A stretch of DNA of 64,000 nt from a bacterium (GTDB lineage: Bacteria; Krumholzibacteriota; Krumholzibacteriia; LZORAL124-64-63). Each line of letters opens with the position of its first letter. The first letter of the stretch is position 1. Shown here one piece after another: positions 49,691-59,156 of this stretch. The position numbers were made by a program, and so were the translations under genes. The notes under the pieces were generated by a model. It worked only from the letters and a program-made list of their open reading frames with translations, ran no database searches and was not told the origin of the DNA. The stretch spans positions 11,457-75,456 of the forward strand of contig JANOEP010000008.1 of NCBI GenBank assembly GCA_031441465.1, in the 5' to 3' direction.

Positions 49691-49817
49691 GTCTCGCACC
49701 TTCCTGACGGGGGACGCGCCCCGGGCACATCGTGTGCCCGGGGCGCTTGGCCTTCCGGCCCTTTCGCCATCCTGGCTTCAGGGCCTGCAGGACACCCCCG
49801 TCAGGAAGGTGCGAGAC
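49691..49817. repeat. Three-stem structured intergenic element, copy 2
   Basis: Perfect 23-bp terminal inverted repeat enclosing two hairpins; homologous to 27420-27547. Confidence 0.85.
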
Positions 49818-49838
49818 ATCGTCAGGGGTACGGCGGGC

Positions 49839-50116
49839 TCAGGCCGAGGCGCGGTTCTTCCAGTTCCACCACTTGAGCAGCTTGGGATCGCGGTCGGCCG
49901 CTGCGGTCGAGGCGTAGTAGACCGCGCAACGGAACACATAGAGCACGCAGGGGTCCTGCCGCTCGCCGCGACGCTCGCAGAGTTCGTGGTAGAGGCGGAC
50001 GGGATCCAGGCCGCGCAGGTCGGCGGGTTCGCACATCCCCAGCTCGCGCAGGTCGGCGGCGAGGCTCGGACCGATGCCGGGCATGACCTGCAGGGGATCG
50101 CGACGGCTGGCGGCGG

Positions 50117-50120
<4 letters not shown>
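49839..50120 (-). CDS. Helix-hairpin-helix protein (Cdd1 / mitomycin-resistance McrB-like)
   Basis: MPGIGPSLAADL, DPCVLYVFRCAVY, KWWNWK. Confidence 0.85.
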
Positions 50121-51217
<1,097 letters not shown>

Positions 51218-51234
51218 CAATACGCCGCCTGCGG

Positions 51235-51720
51235 CTACTGGACGACTTCGGTGGTCCAAGCCGTGAACGAGACCCGACAGGTGAGGAAGAAATCCTTGAT
51301 CCGCGCCACGGTCACGCCGCCGGCCATGTCGAGGTCCAGCTCGAGGCGAGGGTCACCCTCGTCGTCGAGGTAGGAGCGCGAGTAGCGGCGGGTCTGGTTC
51401 CAGGTGTTGACCTTCTTCAGCGTGGCGTTGCCGTCGCCGAAGGGCGCATAGAACTGCAGCGACTCGCCGTCCTTGGCCACGAACATCCACGTGTTGTAAC
51501 CCTCGAGCTTCCACAACAGGTCGCCGTCCTCGTCGACCTCGACGGAGAAGCCCTCGCCCTCGAGCAGCTCCTGGACGTCGTTGCGGGTGATCGACTCGAT
51601 GACGTCCTTGTCGCCGGCCTGGGCGGCGGCGGCGAAGGCCAAGGCCAACACGGCCAGCAGCGTGACGAAAACGAGGGACCTGGCGGTGCGGGTCGCGGTA
51701 ACGGCCGGTTTCTGGCTCAC
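51235..51720 (-). CDS. YbjN-domain exported protein
   Basis: Signal peptide; VDEDGD, NTWNQTRRYSRSYLD, LDLDMAGGV. Confidence 0.8.
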   Translation of the reverse strand: MSQKPAVTATRTARSLVFVTLLAVLALAFAAAAQAGDKDVIESITRNDVQELLEGEGFSVEVDEDGDLLWKLEGYNTWMFVAKDGESLQFYAPFGDGNATLKKVNTWNQTRRYSRSYLDDEGDPRLELDLDMAGGVTVARIKDFFLTCRVSFTAWTTEVVQ

Positions 51721-51829
51721 GTCGGATCTCCTTGAAAGGTAATGGGGGTGCCGAACTCCACGCGGGAGCATCCATTCTACCCGCAATCGACCGGAACCGC
51801 CAAGGAAAAGTGATACGGCGGGTCCGGAA

Positions 51830-53386
51830 TCAGCCCTTCACCTCCCGGACGCAGTCGATAACGGTCCCGTCCACCCACTTGACGGCGGCCACCACCTTGT
51901 CGCCGAGCGCGGGAGGGGCCGGGGGACCTCCGACGATTTCCTCGACCTCGGCCTTGAGGTCGCGGATGTCGCGCAGGGGCAGGCTGCTGCCGCGCAGCTT
52001 CTCCAGCAGGTCCCGTCGCAGGGGGTTGATCGCGATGCCCCGCTCGGTGACCACGACGTCGATCAGCTCGCCGGGGCCGCAGAGGGTGGTGACGCGGTCG
52101 ACCAGCACCGGGATGCGGTCGCGGAAGCTGGGCACGGGCAGGATGGTGCACCTGCCGGCCAGGCAGTTCATCCAGCCGCCGATGCCGTGCAGCAGCCGGC
52201 CGTCGCTGTGGGTCACGACATTGGCGTTGAAGTCGACGTCGACCTCGGTGGCGCCCAGGACGACCGCGTCCAGCAGGCTGGCGAAGTTGCCCTTGCCGTG
52301 CCAGTTGTAGCTGGTGAAGGGGCTGGTGTTGACGTGGCCGGGGTTCTCGCGCATCGAGCGCACGCCCGCGAGGTCGAAGGTCTGGCCGTCGAGGATGTAG
52401 TCGGTGAGGCCCTCCTCGAGCATGTCGACCAGGTACTGGGTGCTGCCGCCGCGCACGAAACGCGCCTTGATCCCTCGCTCGCGCATGATGTCGCGCAGAA
52501 ACAGCGCGAAGCTCAGGGCCGTGCCGCCGGCGCCGGCCTGGAAGCTGAAGCCGTCGCGCACGATGCCGGCCTCGTCGCAGAAGCGGGCGGTGAGTTCGGC
52601 GATGAGCAGGCGGTCGGGCGACTTGGTAATCTCGGTGGTGCCCGAGACGATCTTGCTGGCGTCGCCGATGCGGTCCAGCACGACGACCTGGTCGACGTTG
52701 TTGCCCTGGATCTGCCAGGGGATGCAGGGGAACGGCACGAGGTTGTCGGTGACCACGATGACGTGGTCGGCGTACAGCGAGTCCGCCAGCGCGAAGCCCA
52801 GCAGGCCGCAGGCGGTCGGGCCGCGGTCGCCGGTCGCGTTGCCGAAGGGGTCGGCCGTCGGGGCCGCGATGACCGCGATGTCGATGTGCACTTCGCCGTC
52901 CTGGATCGCCTGCCAGCGGCCGCCGTGGCTGCGCAGCACGCCCATCCCCCGCATCCGGCCCTGGCTGCAGTAGTCGCCCAGGGGGCCGTTCATGCTGCCC
53001 TCGATGTGGTGGATGACGCCGCTCTCCAGCAGCTCGATCAGGGGAGCGTGGCAGGGGAAGGCCGCGCTGGGCACCCAGCGCAGGTCCCTGACTCCCAGCT
53101 CGGCCGCGGCCCGGAACACCTGGTTGGCGACCAGGTCGCCGTTGCGCAGGTGGTGGTGGCTGCCGATGGTCATGCCGTCGCGCAGACCGGCGCGCTGCAG
53201 AGCGGTCTTCAGATCCGCGACGGTTTTATCGCCGTCGGCCGGGTAGTCGGCGCAGGTGCGGACGGGCGGGGCGGCCTTGCGCCCCTGCGGGCGGTGGCGG
53301 CCCACACCCTGAAAGGGAACGGCCGGGTCGCCGTTGATCTCGACCGGCACCAGGCGGCCGACGGCGTTCTCGACCAGTTTCGTCAT
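51830..53386 (-). CDS. citF: Citrate lyase alpha subunit / citrate CoA-transferase
   Basis: SHHHLRNGD, RSHGGR, FSFQAGAGG, LGATEVDVDFNANV, VVTERGIAINP. Confidence 0.93.
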   Translation of the reverse strand: MTKLVENAVGRLVPVEINGDPAVPFQGVGRHRPQGRKAAPPVRTCADYPADGDKTVADLKTALQRAGLRDGMTIGSHHHLRNGDLVANQVFRAAAELGVRDLRWVPSAAFPCHAPLIELLESGVIHHIEGSMNGPLGDYCSQGRMRGMGVLRSHGGRWQAIQDGEVHIDIAVIAAPTADPFGNATGDRGPTACGLLGFALADSLYADHVIVVTDNLVPFPCIPWQIQGNNVDQVVVLDRIGDASKIVSGTTEITKSPDRLLIAELTARFCDEAGIVRDGFSFQAGAGGTALSFALFLRDIMRERGIKARFVRGGSTQYLVDMLEEGLTDYILDGQTFDLAGVRSMRENPGHVNTSPFTSYNWHGKGNFASLLDAVVLGATEVDVDFNANVVTHSDGRLLHGIGGWMNCLAGRCTILPVPSFRDRIPVLVDRVTTLCGPGELIDVVVTERGIAINPLRRDLLEKLRGSSLPLRDIRDLKAEVEEIVGGPPAPPALGDKVVAAVKWVDGTVIDCVREVKG

Positions 53387-54660
53387 CGCGCACCCCCGTC
53401 ATTGCCCGCGGTTGCATTGCCCGCGGTTGCGTTGCCCGCCGCTTCGTGGTCCGGGGTGCGCCAATCGGCCGGCAGCAGCCCGACGGCCAGCGCCGTGGCG
53501 ATGACGCCCTGGGCCCGCTTGACCACCGGGGCGTCGATCATCTTGCTGCCCAGGGCGACCACGCCGAGGCCCTTCGCCTCGGCCTCCTCGAACGCCAGCA
53601 CGATCCGCTGCGCCTTCGCCAGCTCGTCCGGCGAGGGAGCAAAGGCGGCGTGCACCGCCGCGATCTGCCGCGGGTGGATGCAGCCCTTGCCCACGAAGCC
53701 CAGCGCCTTGGCCTCGGCGCAGGAGGCGTTTAGGCCGGCCTCGTCGGCCACGTCGGTGAACACGGTGTCGATCGGCTGCACGCCGGCCGCCACCGCGCCG
53801 TTGACGACCTGGCTGCGGGCCCAGAACGACTCGCGGCCCTCGAGCGTGCGCGGGGCGCCGATGTCGGCGGTGTAGTCCTCGAGCCCCACGGCCAGCGCGA
53901 TCACCGACGGGTCCGCCGCCGCGATCTCGTAGGCGCGCCAGGCGCCCAGGGCCGACTCGATGATGGGCATCAGGTAGATGTCGCCCGCGAGCTTCAGCTT
54001 CTTGCGGATCGCCGCGATGCGGGCGGCGACGGCCTCCACCTGGGCGGGGTCCTCGACCTTGGGGACGAGGATCACGTGCGGGTTGTGCGGCACGACCCAG
54101 TCGAGATCCTCGAGCCCGCGCGCGCCCTGGTTGATGCGGACCATGCGCTCGGCCTGCCCGAAGTCCACCACGCGCAGGGCGTTGCGCACCAGCACGCGCG
54201 CGGCGTCCTTCTCGGCGGGCGCGACGGCGTCCTCGAGGTCCAGGATCACGCCGTCGGGCAGGTGCAGGCCGGCGTTCAGGAAGAGTTTGGGCTGGTTGCC
54301 CGGCAGGTACAGGCGCGAGCGGCGCAGGCGGCGTCGGGCGGCCGGAGCAGCGCCGCAGGGGCGCTGCTCCGGCAGCAGGACACGCGAGAGGCCGGGATCG
54401 GCGCGGCGCGCCGCGCACTCCAGGCGGGCGTCCAGGACGAAGGGCACCGCGCCCTGGTCGTCGACCTCGACGCGCGCGTGCTCCAGGCCCAGGGCGCGGC
54501 AACCGTCCGCGACTTGCGTCCGGATGCGCTCGCCGTACATCGAGGCCACCTTGCTCACGACGGACAGCTCCAGGCCTCCCTTGTCGCGCAGTTCCACCGA
54601 GATCCAGCAGTCCGAGCGTACGCCCGCGCCCCGGCTGCCCGCCTCTCCCCTGCCTGCCAT
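53383..54660 (-). CDS. citE: CitD (ACP-like)-CitE (citryl-CoA lyase) fusion
   Basis: N-terminal SKVASMYGERIR..DQGAVPFVLDARL (CitD); RRSRLYLPG, DLEDAV, IESALG, GKGCIHPRQ, MIDAP (CitE). Confidence 0.9.
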   Translation of the reverse strand: MAGRGEAGSRGAGVRSDCWISVELRDKGGLELSVVSKVASMYGERIRTQVADGCRALGLEHARVEVDDQGAVPFVLDARLECAARRADPGLSRVLLPEQRPCGAAPAARRRLRRSRLYLPGNQPKLFLNAGLHLPDGVILDLEDAVAPAEKDAARVLVRNALRVVDFGQAERMVRINQGARGLEDLDWVVPHNPHVILVPKVEDPAQVEAVAARIAAIRKKLKLAGDIYLMPIIESALGAWRAYEIAAADPSVIALAVGLEDYTADIGAPRTLEGRESFWARSQVVNGAVAAGVQPIDTVFTDVADEAGLNASCAEAKALGFVGKGCIHPRQIAAVHAAFAPSPDELAKAQRIVLAFEEAEAKGLGVVALGSKMIDAPVVKRAQGVIATALAVGLLPADWRTPDHEAAGNATAGNATAGNDGGAR

Positions 54661-54801
54661 GGTCCCACCTCACGGTCGATCCGGTCGTGGTGTGAAGTCG
54701 CGGGGCCCGCCCGCGGCGGCGCCCCGCCTGAATGATGGCCGCAAGGCCGTCCCTTTTCAAGGGAATCGCCGCCACGAGACCCGACGGGCGGCGTATTCCG
54801 C

Positions 54802-54828
54802 TCAATGGGCGCCTCCCGACGCCGATAA
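54802..54828 (+). promoter_or_regulatory. sigma28 (FliA) promoter
   Basis: TCAA-N15-GCCGATAA. Confidence 0.8.
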
Positions 54829-54893
54829 TCTGGATGCCCGGCGCACGCCCGCGGACGCCGGCCCGGCACCCGTCCCTGACCCGGAGCACACCC

Positions 54894-55256
54894 ATGAAGA
54901 TCCTGATCGTCGACGATTCTCGCGCCATGCGGCGCATCATCCAGCGCACCCTGCGCCAGGCGGGGTTCACCGGTCTGGCGATTCTCGAAGCTGAGAACGG
55001 CGCCGAAGCCCTCGCGATCGTGCTCGACTCGCGTCCCGACCTGATCCTGTCGGACTGGCACATGCCGCGCATGTCGGGGCTCGAGTTCAAACGGGCCCTC
55101 AACGAGGCCGGCATCGGGATCCCCTTCGGTTTCGTCACCTCCGAGAACACCCACGAGATGCGGCAGCTCGCCGAGGAGGCCGGGGCGGACTTCCTGCTGG
55201 CGAAGCCGTTCACGCCCGAGGACATGAACCTGGCGCTGGAGGCGTTCGTGACGTGA
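54894..55256 (+). CDS. cheY: CheY-like single-domain response regulator
   Basis: ILIVDDS, DWHMP, VTSE, AKPF. Confidence 0.88.
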   Translation: MKILIVDDSRAMRRIIQRTLRQAGFTGLAILEAENGAEALAIVLDSRPDLILSDWHMPRMSGLEFKRALNEAGIGIPFGFVTSENTHEMRQLAEEAGADFLLAKPFTPEDMNLALEAFVT

Positions 55257-55792
55257 CGGCAGCGACCGACATCCCGACCCGCGACGCCCCGGCTCTCGCC
55301 GACCTCGCCGCCGCCGCCAACGCGGTCCGCGAGACGTGCGACCTGCAACTGGGGTTGGCGCTCCGGACTCGACCGGACGACGAGGGAGCGGCGGTGGCGG
55401 CGGTGGCGGCGGACTGGTGCCGCAGCAGCATCAGCCTGACGACGGCCGGCGGTTGCTGGCGGCTGACGATGGTGGTGGACGCCCTCAGCGCCCGCCGGCT
55501 GGCGCAGAGGCTGTACGCCCTGGATCCCGACGAGGACCCCGCGCACGCAGAACTGTCCGACGCCTTGAAGGAGATGGTCAACATCGCGGCCGGCGTCTTC
55601 AAGCGCGACCGCTGCGGGGAGGCGCTTCGCATCACTCTGCCCGTGTTCGCGGTGGGTTGGCCGGGCCAGGCGCCGCCCGCCGGCGTCCAGGACTCGATAC
55701 GACTGACCGCCGGCACTTCCGATCCCCAGATCCACGTGCTGCTCCGATGGCGGCGGGAAGACGAACCGGGAGATGACCGAGATGAGTCTTAA
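55253..55792 (+). CDS. cheX: CheX-like phosphatase
   Basis: DALKEMVNIAAGVFK (ExxN) and ITLP; coupled to cheY. Confidence 0.75.
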   Translation: MTAATDIPTRDAPALADLAAAANAVRETCDLQLGLALRTRPDDEGAAVAAVAADWCRSSISLTTAGGCWRLTMVVDALSARRLAQRLYALDPDEDPAHAELSDALKEMVNIAAGVFKRDRCGEALRITLPVFAVGWPGQAPPAGVQDSIRLTAGTSDPQIHVLLRWRREDEPGDDRDES

Positions 55793-56255
55793 ATTCGCCG
55801 TCGGAACCCTGATCGACACGCTGGACCGGACACTGGGCCAACCGGCCGGCTACGATCCGGCCCCGGCAGGCCCGGCGTGGGACCCGGCCACGGCACCCGT
55901 CGGCGCCTGGCGCATCCCGCTGCTGGACGACGAGGGCGAGGAGGTCGGATCCGTGGTCGCCGACCTGGGATCGGTCGTGCTGCTGGGCGGATCGCTGATC
56001 ATGCTGCCGGAGAGCAGCATGCGGGAACAGGTGGCGGATCGATGCCCTTCGTCCCCGGTCCTGGAAGCCTACGCGGAAGTCGTGAACGTCCTGCGGAGCG
56101 TCATCAACAATATCCACCGCAACCCCCATGTCGTCCCCGGGCGGCTCGGGCCGTACGATGAGGGCGCGGACTGGCAAGCCGCACCTACGTCGCAGCTCGA
56201 CCTCGTCGCGAACTCCGCGCTCGGGCCGATCCGATTGGCGTTCCTCGGTCGCTGA
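55773..56255 (+). CDS. CheC/CheX-like protein
   Basis: LGGSLIMLP, EAYAEVVNVL (ExxN); overlaps cheX. Confidence 0.6.
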   Translation: MTEMSLKFAVGTLIDTLDRTLGQPAGYDPAPAGPAWDPATAPVGAWRIPLLDDEGEEVGSVVADLGSVVLLGGSLIMLPESSMREQVADRCPSSPVLEAYAEVVNVLRSVINNIHRNPHVVPGRLGPYDEGADWQAAPTSQLDLVANSALGPIRLAFLGR

Positions 56256-56276
56256 CCCCTAGCCGATCACCACGGC

Positions 56277-56304
56277 GAAGGCCGCCCCCTCGGGGACGGC
56301 CTTC
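56277..56304. terminator. Hairpin between the convergent chemotaxis operons
   Basis: GAAGGCCGCCCC / GGGGACGGCCTTC imperfect inverted repeat. Confidence 0.55.
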
Positions 56305-56323
56305 CCGCATCCCGGTTCCGGGG

Positions 56324-57211
56324 TCAACCGACGGGCTGGACCCTGGGCTGCTCGCGCGCGGCGCCGAGGGACTGGAAGATCTCCATCATACCCTCGAGTC
56401 CGAGCGAAACCTCGGCCATGGTCTGCTCGGCGATGTCCGGGGGCAGCGCCAGCCGCTCGGCCGACGTCGGATCGAAGCGGTAGAGCAGGGCGTCGGCGCC
56501 CATGCCCCAGCCCACGTCCCGACACAGAACGTCCGCGATGTGGACGATGTCCAGCAGCGGCTCGGGATCGGGGCAAGCGGAGGGATGATGGTGGTACCGC
56601 ACCGCAGTCACGATGCGGGCGGGGATCTGCCAGCGCTGGAGCAACGAGGCGGCGACGGAAGCGTGATCGGTGCCGAAGGCCTCGCGCTCGGCCTCGTCGA
56701 AGGGGATGCCGTTCTGGTCCATCAGCTGCCTGATCTTGTCCATGTCCACGTCGACGAAGTTGCCCAGGACGATCTTGCCCATGTCGTGCAGCATACCGGC
56801 GGTGAAGGCGTCCGCCGGCTCGGTGCTGCCCAGTTCCTGGGCGAGGTACTCCGAGGCCATGGCGGTGGCGATCGCGTGCTGCCAGAGCATGGCCGGGGCG
56901 AGGTCGTACCCGCGGATCGGCTTGCGGGTCATTGGCGCCACGCACACGGCCAGCACGATCTGGTAGACCCGCTTCAGACCCAGCCGGGTCATGGCGTACT
57001 GCACCGAGCCGATCGACTGTTCGCAGCCGAAATAGGCCGAGTTGGCCAGCCGCAGCAGGCTGGTGGTCAGGCCCGGATCGACCTCGATGACTTTGGCCAG
57101 CTCCGCGTAGCTGACGTTGGGGTCGTTGCAGTACTTCTGCAGCTTGAAGACGACCTCGGGCAGCGGCGGTACCGCGTGCACCTTGGCCAGGATCTCGCGT
57201 TTGAGGCTCAC
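56324..57211 (-). CDS. HDOD domain protein
   Basis: PPLPEV, DPGLTTSLLRLANSAYFG, LWQH, GMLHDMGK, HH. Confidence 0.92.
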   Translation of the reverse strand: MSLKREILAKVHAVPPLPEVVFKLQKYCNDPNVSYAELAKVIEVDPGLTTSLLRLANSAYFGCEQSIGSVQYAMTRLGLKRVYQIVLAVCVAPMTRKPIRGYDLAPAMLWQHAIATAMASEYLAQELGSTEPADAFTAGMLHDMGKIVLGNFVDVDMDKIRQLMDQNGIPFDEAEREAFGTDHASVAASLLQRWQIPARIVTAVRYHHHPSACPDPEPLLDIVHIADVLCRDVGWGMGADALLYRFDPTSAERLALPPDIAEQTMAEVSLGLEGMMEIFQSLGAAREQPRVQPVG

Positions 57212-57729
57212 AGTTCCGACTCCTTTCCGTCCGTCCGGACGATCGTGCGCCCGGACTGCAGGTCCAGGGCCAGGGTGCGCGCTTGCGATCCGCCCACGCA
57301 CTGGGCCCGCAGATCGAGTCCGTTCTTCCACAACACCTTGCCCAGCACTTCGAAATTGCGCTGGCCGATCTTGAAGATCTCATCAGGACCCAGGGGCGAC
57401 CCGCCGCCGGCCGCCTTGACCAGCAGGTTGCGGCGGTTCGCGCCGAGGTCGTAGACGGCCTGCAGCAACGCGGGCACGCCCGTATCGACGAACATCGCGG
57501 GCCGGGCGGCGGCCTTGCGGGGGTCGATCTTCGAGAGGGGCAGCATGCAGTGGATCAACCCGCCCACGCCCGTCTCGGGGTCGAAGACGGTCACCCCCAA
57601 ACAGGAACCGAGCGAGTAGGTCACCAGGATCTGGGTGGGATCCGCCGCGGCCGCCATCGAGGAGATGTCCACCGCGACGATGGCACGTCCCGATTTCTGC
57701 GCCTGGGCGACATCGATCAGCGCATTCAT
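57208..57729 (-). CDS. cheD: Chemoreceptor glutamine deamidase
   Basis: SLGSCLGV, HCMLP, FVDTG, KAAGG, IGQRN. Confidence 0.93.
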   Translation of the reverse strand: MNALIDVAQAQKSGRAIVAVDISSMAAAADPTQILVTYSLGSCLGVTVFDPETGVGGLIHCMLPLSKIDPRKAAARPAMFVDTGVPALLQAVYDLGANRRNLLVKAAGGGSPLGPDEIFKIGQRNFEVLGKVLWKNGLDLRAQCVGGSQARTLALDLQSGRTIVRTDGKESEL

Positions 57730-57768
57730 CGGTTCCCTCCCTTCATGCGGTTCGGTCGAAGGATCATC

Positions 57769-58644
57769 TCAGATCCTCCTGTAGACGGACTGCTGCCGGC
57801 GCTCGAATCGATCCGCGACGCCCAGCAACGTCTCGGATCCGCCGACGATCAGGTGCCCGCCCGGCTGCAGCAGACGGTGGAATTCCGACACTGCGCTCGC
57901 CCGCTGCTGCGGGTCGAAGTAGATCATCACATTGCGGCAGAAGACGACGTCGAAGACGCCGCGGACCGGGAAGGGCGTCCGGCCCAGGTTCAGGCGGCGG
58001 AACAGGATCATCCGCTTGAGTTCGTCGTCGATGCGCTGGACATCGCCCTCCCGGCCGGCCCGGGTCGAGAACGCCGCTTCCAGGTAGCGGCGCGGCACCG
58101 CGGCGACCTGCGCCGCGGTGAAGTTGCCCTGTTGCGCCTTCTGCAGGGCCAGGGTCGAGATGTCCGTGGCCAGGATGCGCCACTCCGTCGCGGCCGGCAG
58201 GGCCGCGCGCAGGACCATGGCCAACGAATACGGCTCCTCGCCGGTCGCGCACCCCGCCGACCAGAAGTGCAGGCGCCTGCCCGCGGACGCCAGCCGGCGG
58301 GCGGCGGCGGCGGCGAACGTGAAGTGGTCCGGCTCGCGGAAGAAGCGCGTGACGTTTGTGGAAACAACGTCGACGAGGTGGACGATCTCCGACGCGCCGT
58401 CGGCGGAATCCAGCACGCGCAGGTAGGCGCCGAAGTCCGCCAGTCCGAGATCCTGCAGGCGGCGGCGCACCCGCGCTTCGATCAGGGCCGACTTCCCCTC
58501 GTCGAACGAGAAGCCTGCGTATTCGTGCAGGATGTCGCGGAATCGGGCGAATTCGCACGCCGACAACCCCGCCGCGGCCTCGGACGCCTCGTGCGGCGAC
58601 GGCGTGTCCGCCTCGGCCCAGGTCCCGGTCTGACGACGGTTCAT
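57769..58644 (-). CDS. cheR: Chemotaxis methyltransferase
   Basis: TNVTRFFRE, WSAGCATGEEPYS, ATDIS, FCRNVMIYF. Confidence 0.95.
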   Translation of the reverse strand: MNRRQTGTWAEADTPSPHEASEAAAGLSACEFARFRDILHEYAGFSFDEGKSALIEARVRRRLQDLGLADFGAYLRVLDSADGASEIVHLVDVVSTNVTRFFREPDHFTFAAAAARRLASAGRRLHFWSAGCATGEEPYSLAMVLRAALPAATEWRILATDISTLALQKAQQGNFTAAQVAAVPRRYLEAAFSTRAGREGDVQRIDDELKRMILFRRLNLGRTPFPVRGVFDVVFCRNVMIYFDPQQRASAVSEFHRLLQPGGHLIVGGSETLLGVADRFERRQQSVYRRI

Positions 58645-59120
58645 GCCGTGCCTCCCGGTCCATCGGCGCCGATGAACACGCGGACGGCGTCCAGCAGGAT
58701 CACGACGCGGTCGCCCAGTTGCGCCAAGCTCGCGACACAGGAGCCGGTGGCGCCGTCCGCCGGCGGGGCGGTCGTCGCGACGTCGATCGTCAGCACATCC
58801 GTCACCTCGTCGACGACGGCGGCGGCGACCACGGTTCCCGCCACGGTTTCGATCCGGCAGACCACCAGGCACGTACGCCGGGACTCCGGCACGGCCTCCA
58901 TCCCGAACAGGGAACGCAGATCGACGACCGGAACGACCCGGCCGCGCAGGTTCACGACGCCGCGCACGTGGGTCGGCGCTCCTGGGACCCTGGTCACGGG
59001 CAGCATCCCGCTGATCTCCTGCACCACGCCGATGTCTAGCCCGTAGGTTTCGCCACCCAGCCGGAAGCCCAGGTAGCGCCCGGGGGCCGCGACGGTCGTG
59101 TTCCGTGCCAGCGTCTCCAT
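58641..59120 (-). CDS. cheW: Chemotaxis coupling protein
   Basis: YLGFRLGGETYG, GVVNLRGRVVPVVDLR. Confidence 0.92.
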   Translation of the reverse strand: METLARNTTVAAPGRYLGFRLGGETYGLDIGVVQEISGMLPVTRVPGAPTHVRGVVNLRGRVVPVVDLRSLFGMEAVPESRRTCLVVCRIETVAGTVVAAAVVDEVTDVLTIDVATTAPPADGATGSCVASLAQLGDRVVILLDAVRVFIGADGPGGTA

Positions 59121-59156
59121 GTCCGTACTCCGTTTCCGCGAGACCGCAGTGTTCGC

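Noticed and set aside
53401..53440. 15-bp tandem repeat (AGNAT units) at the citE 3' end
   Set aside because: Short in-frame slippage in a low-complexity tail; not a CRISPR array or mobile element
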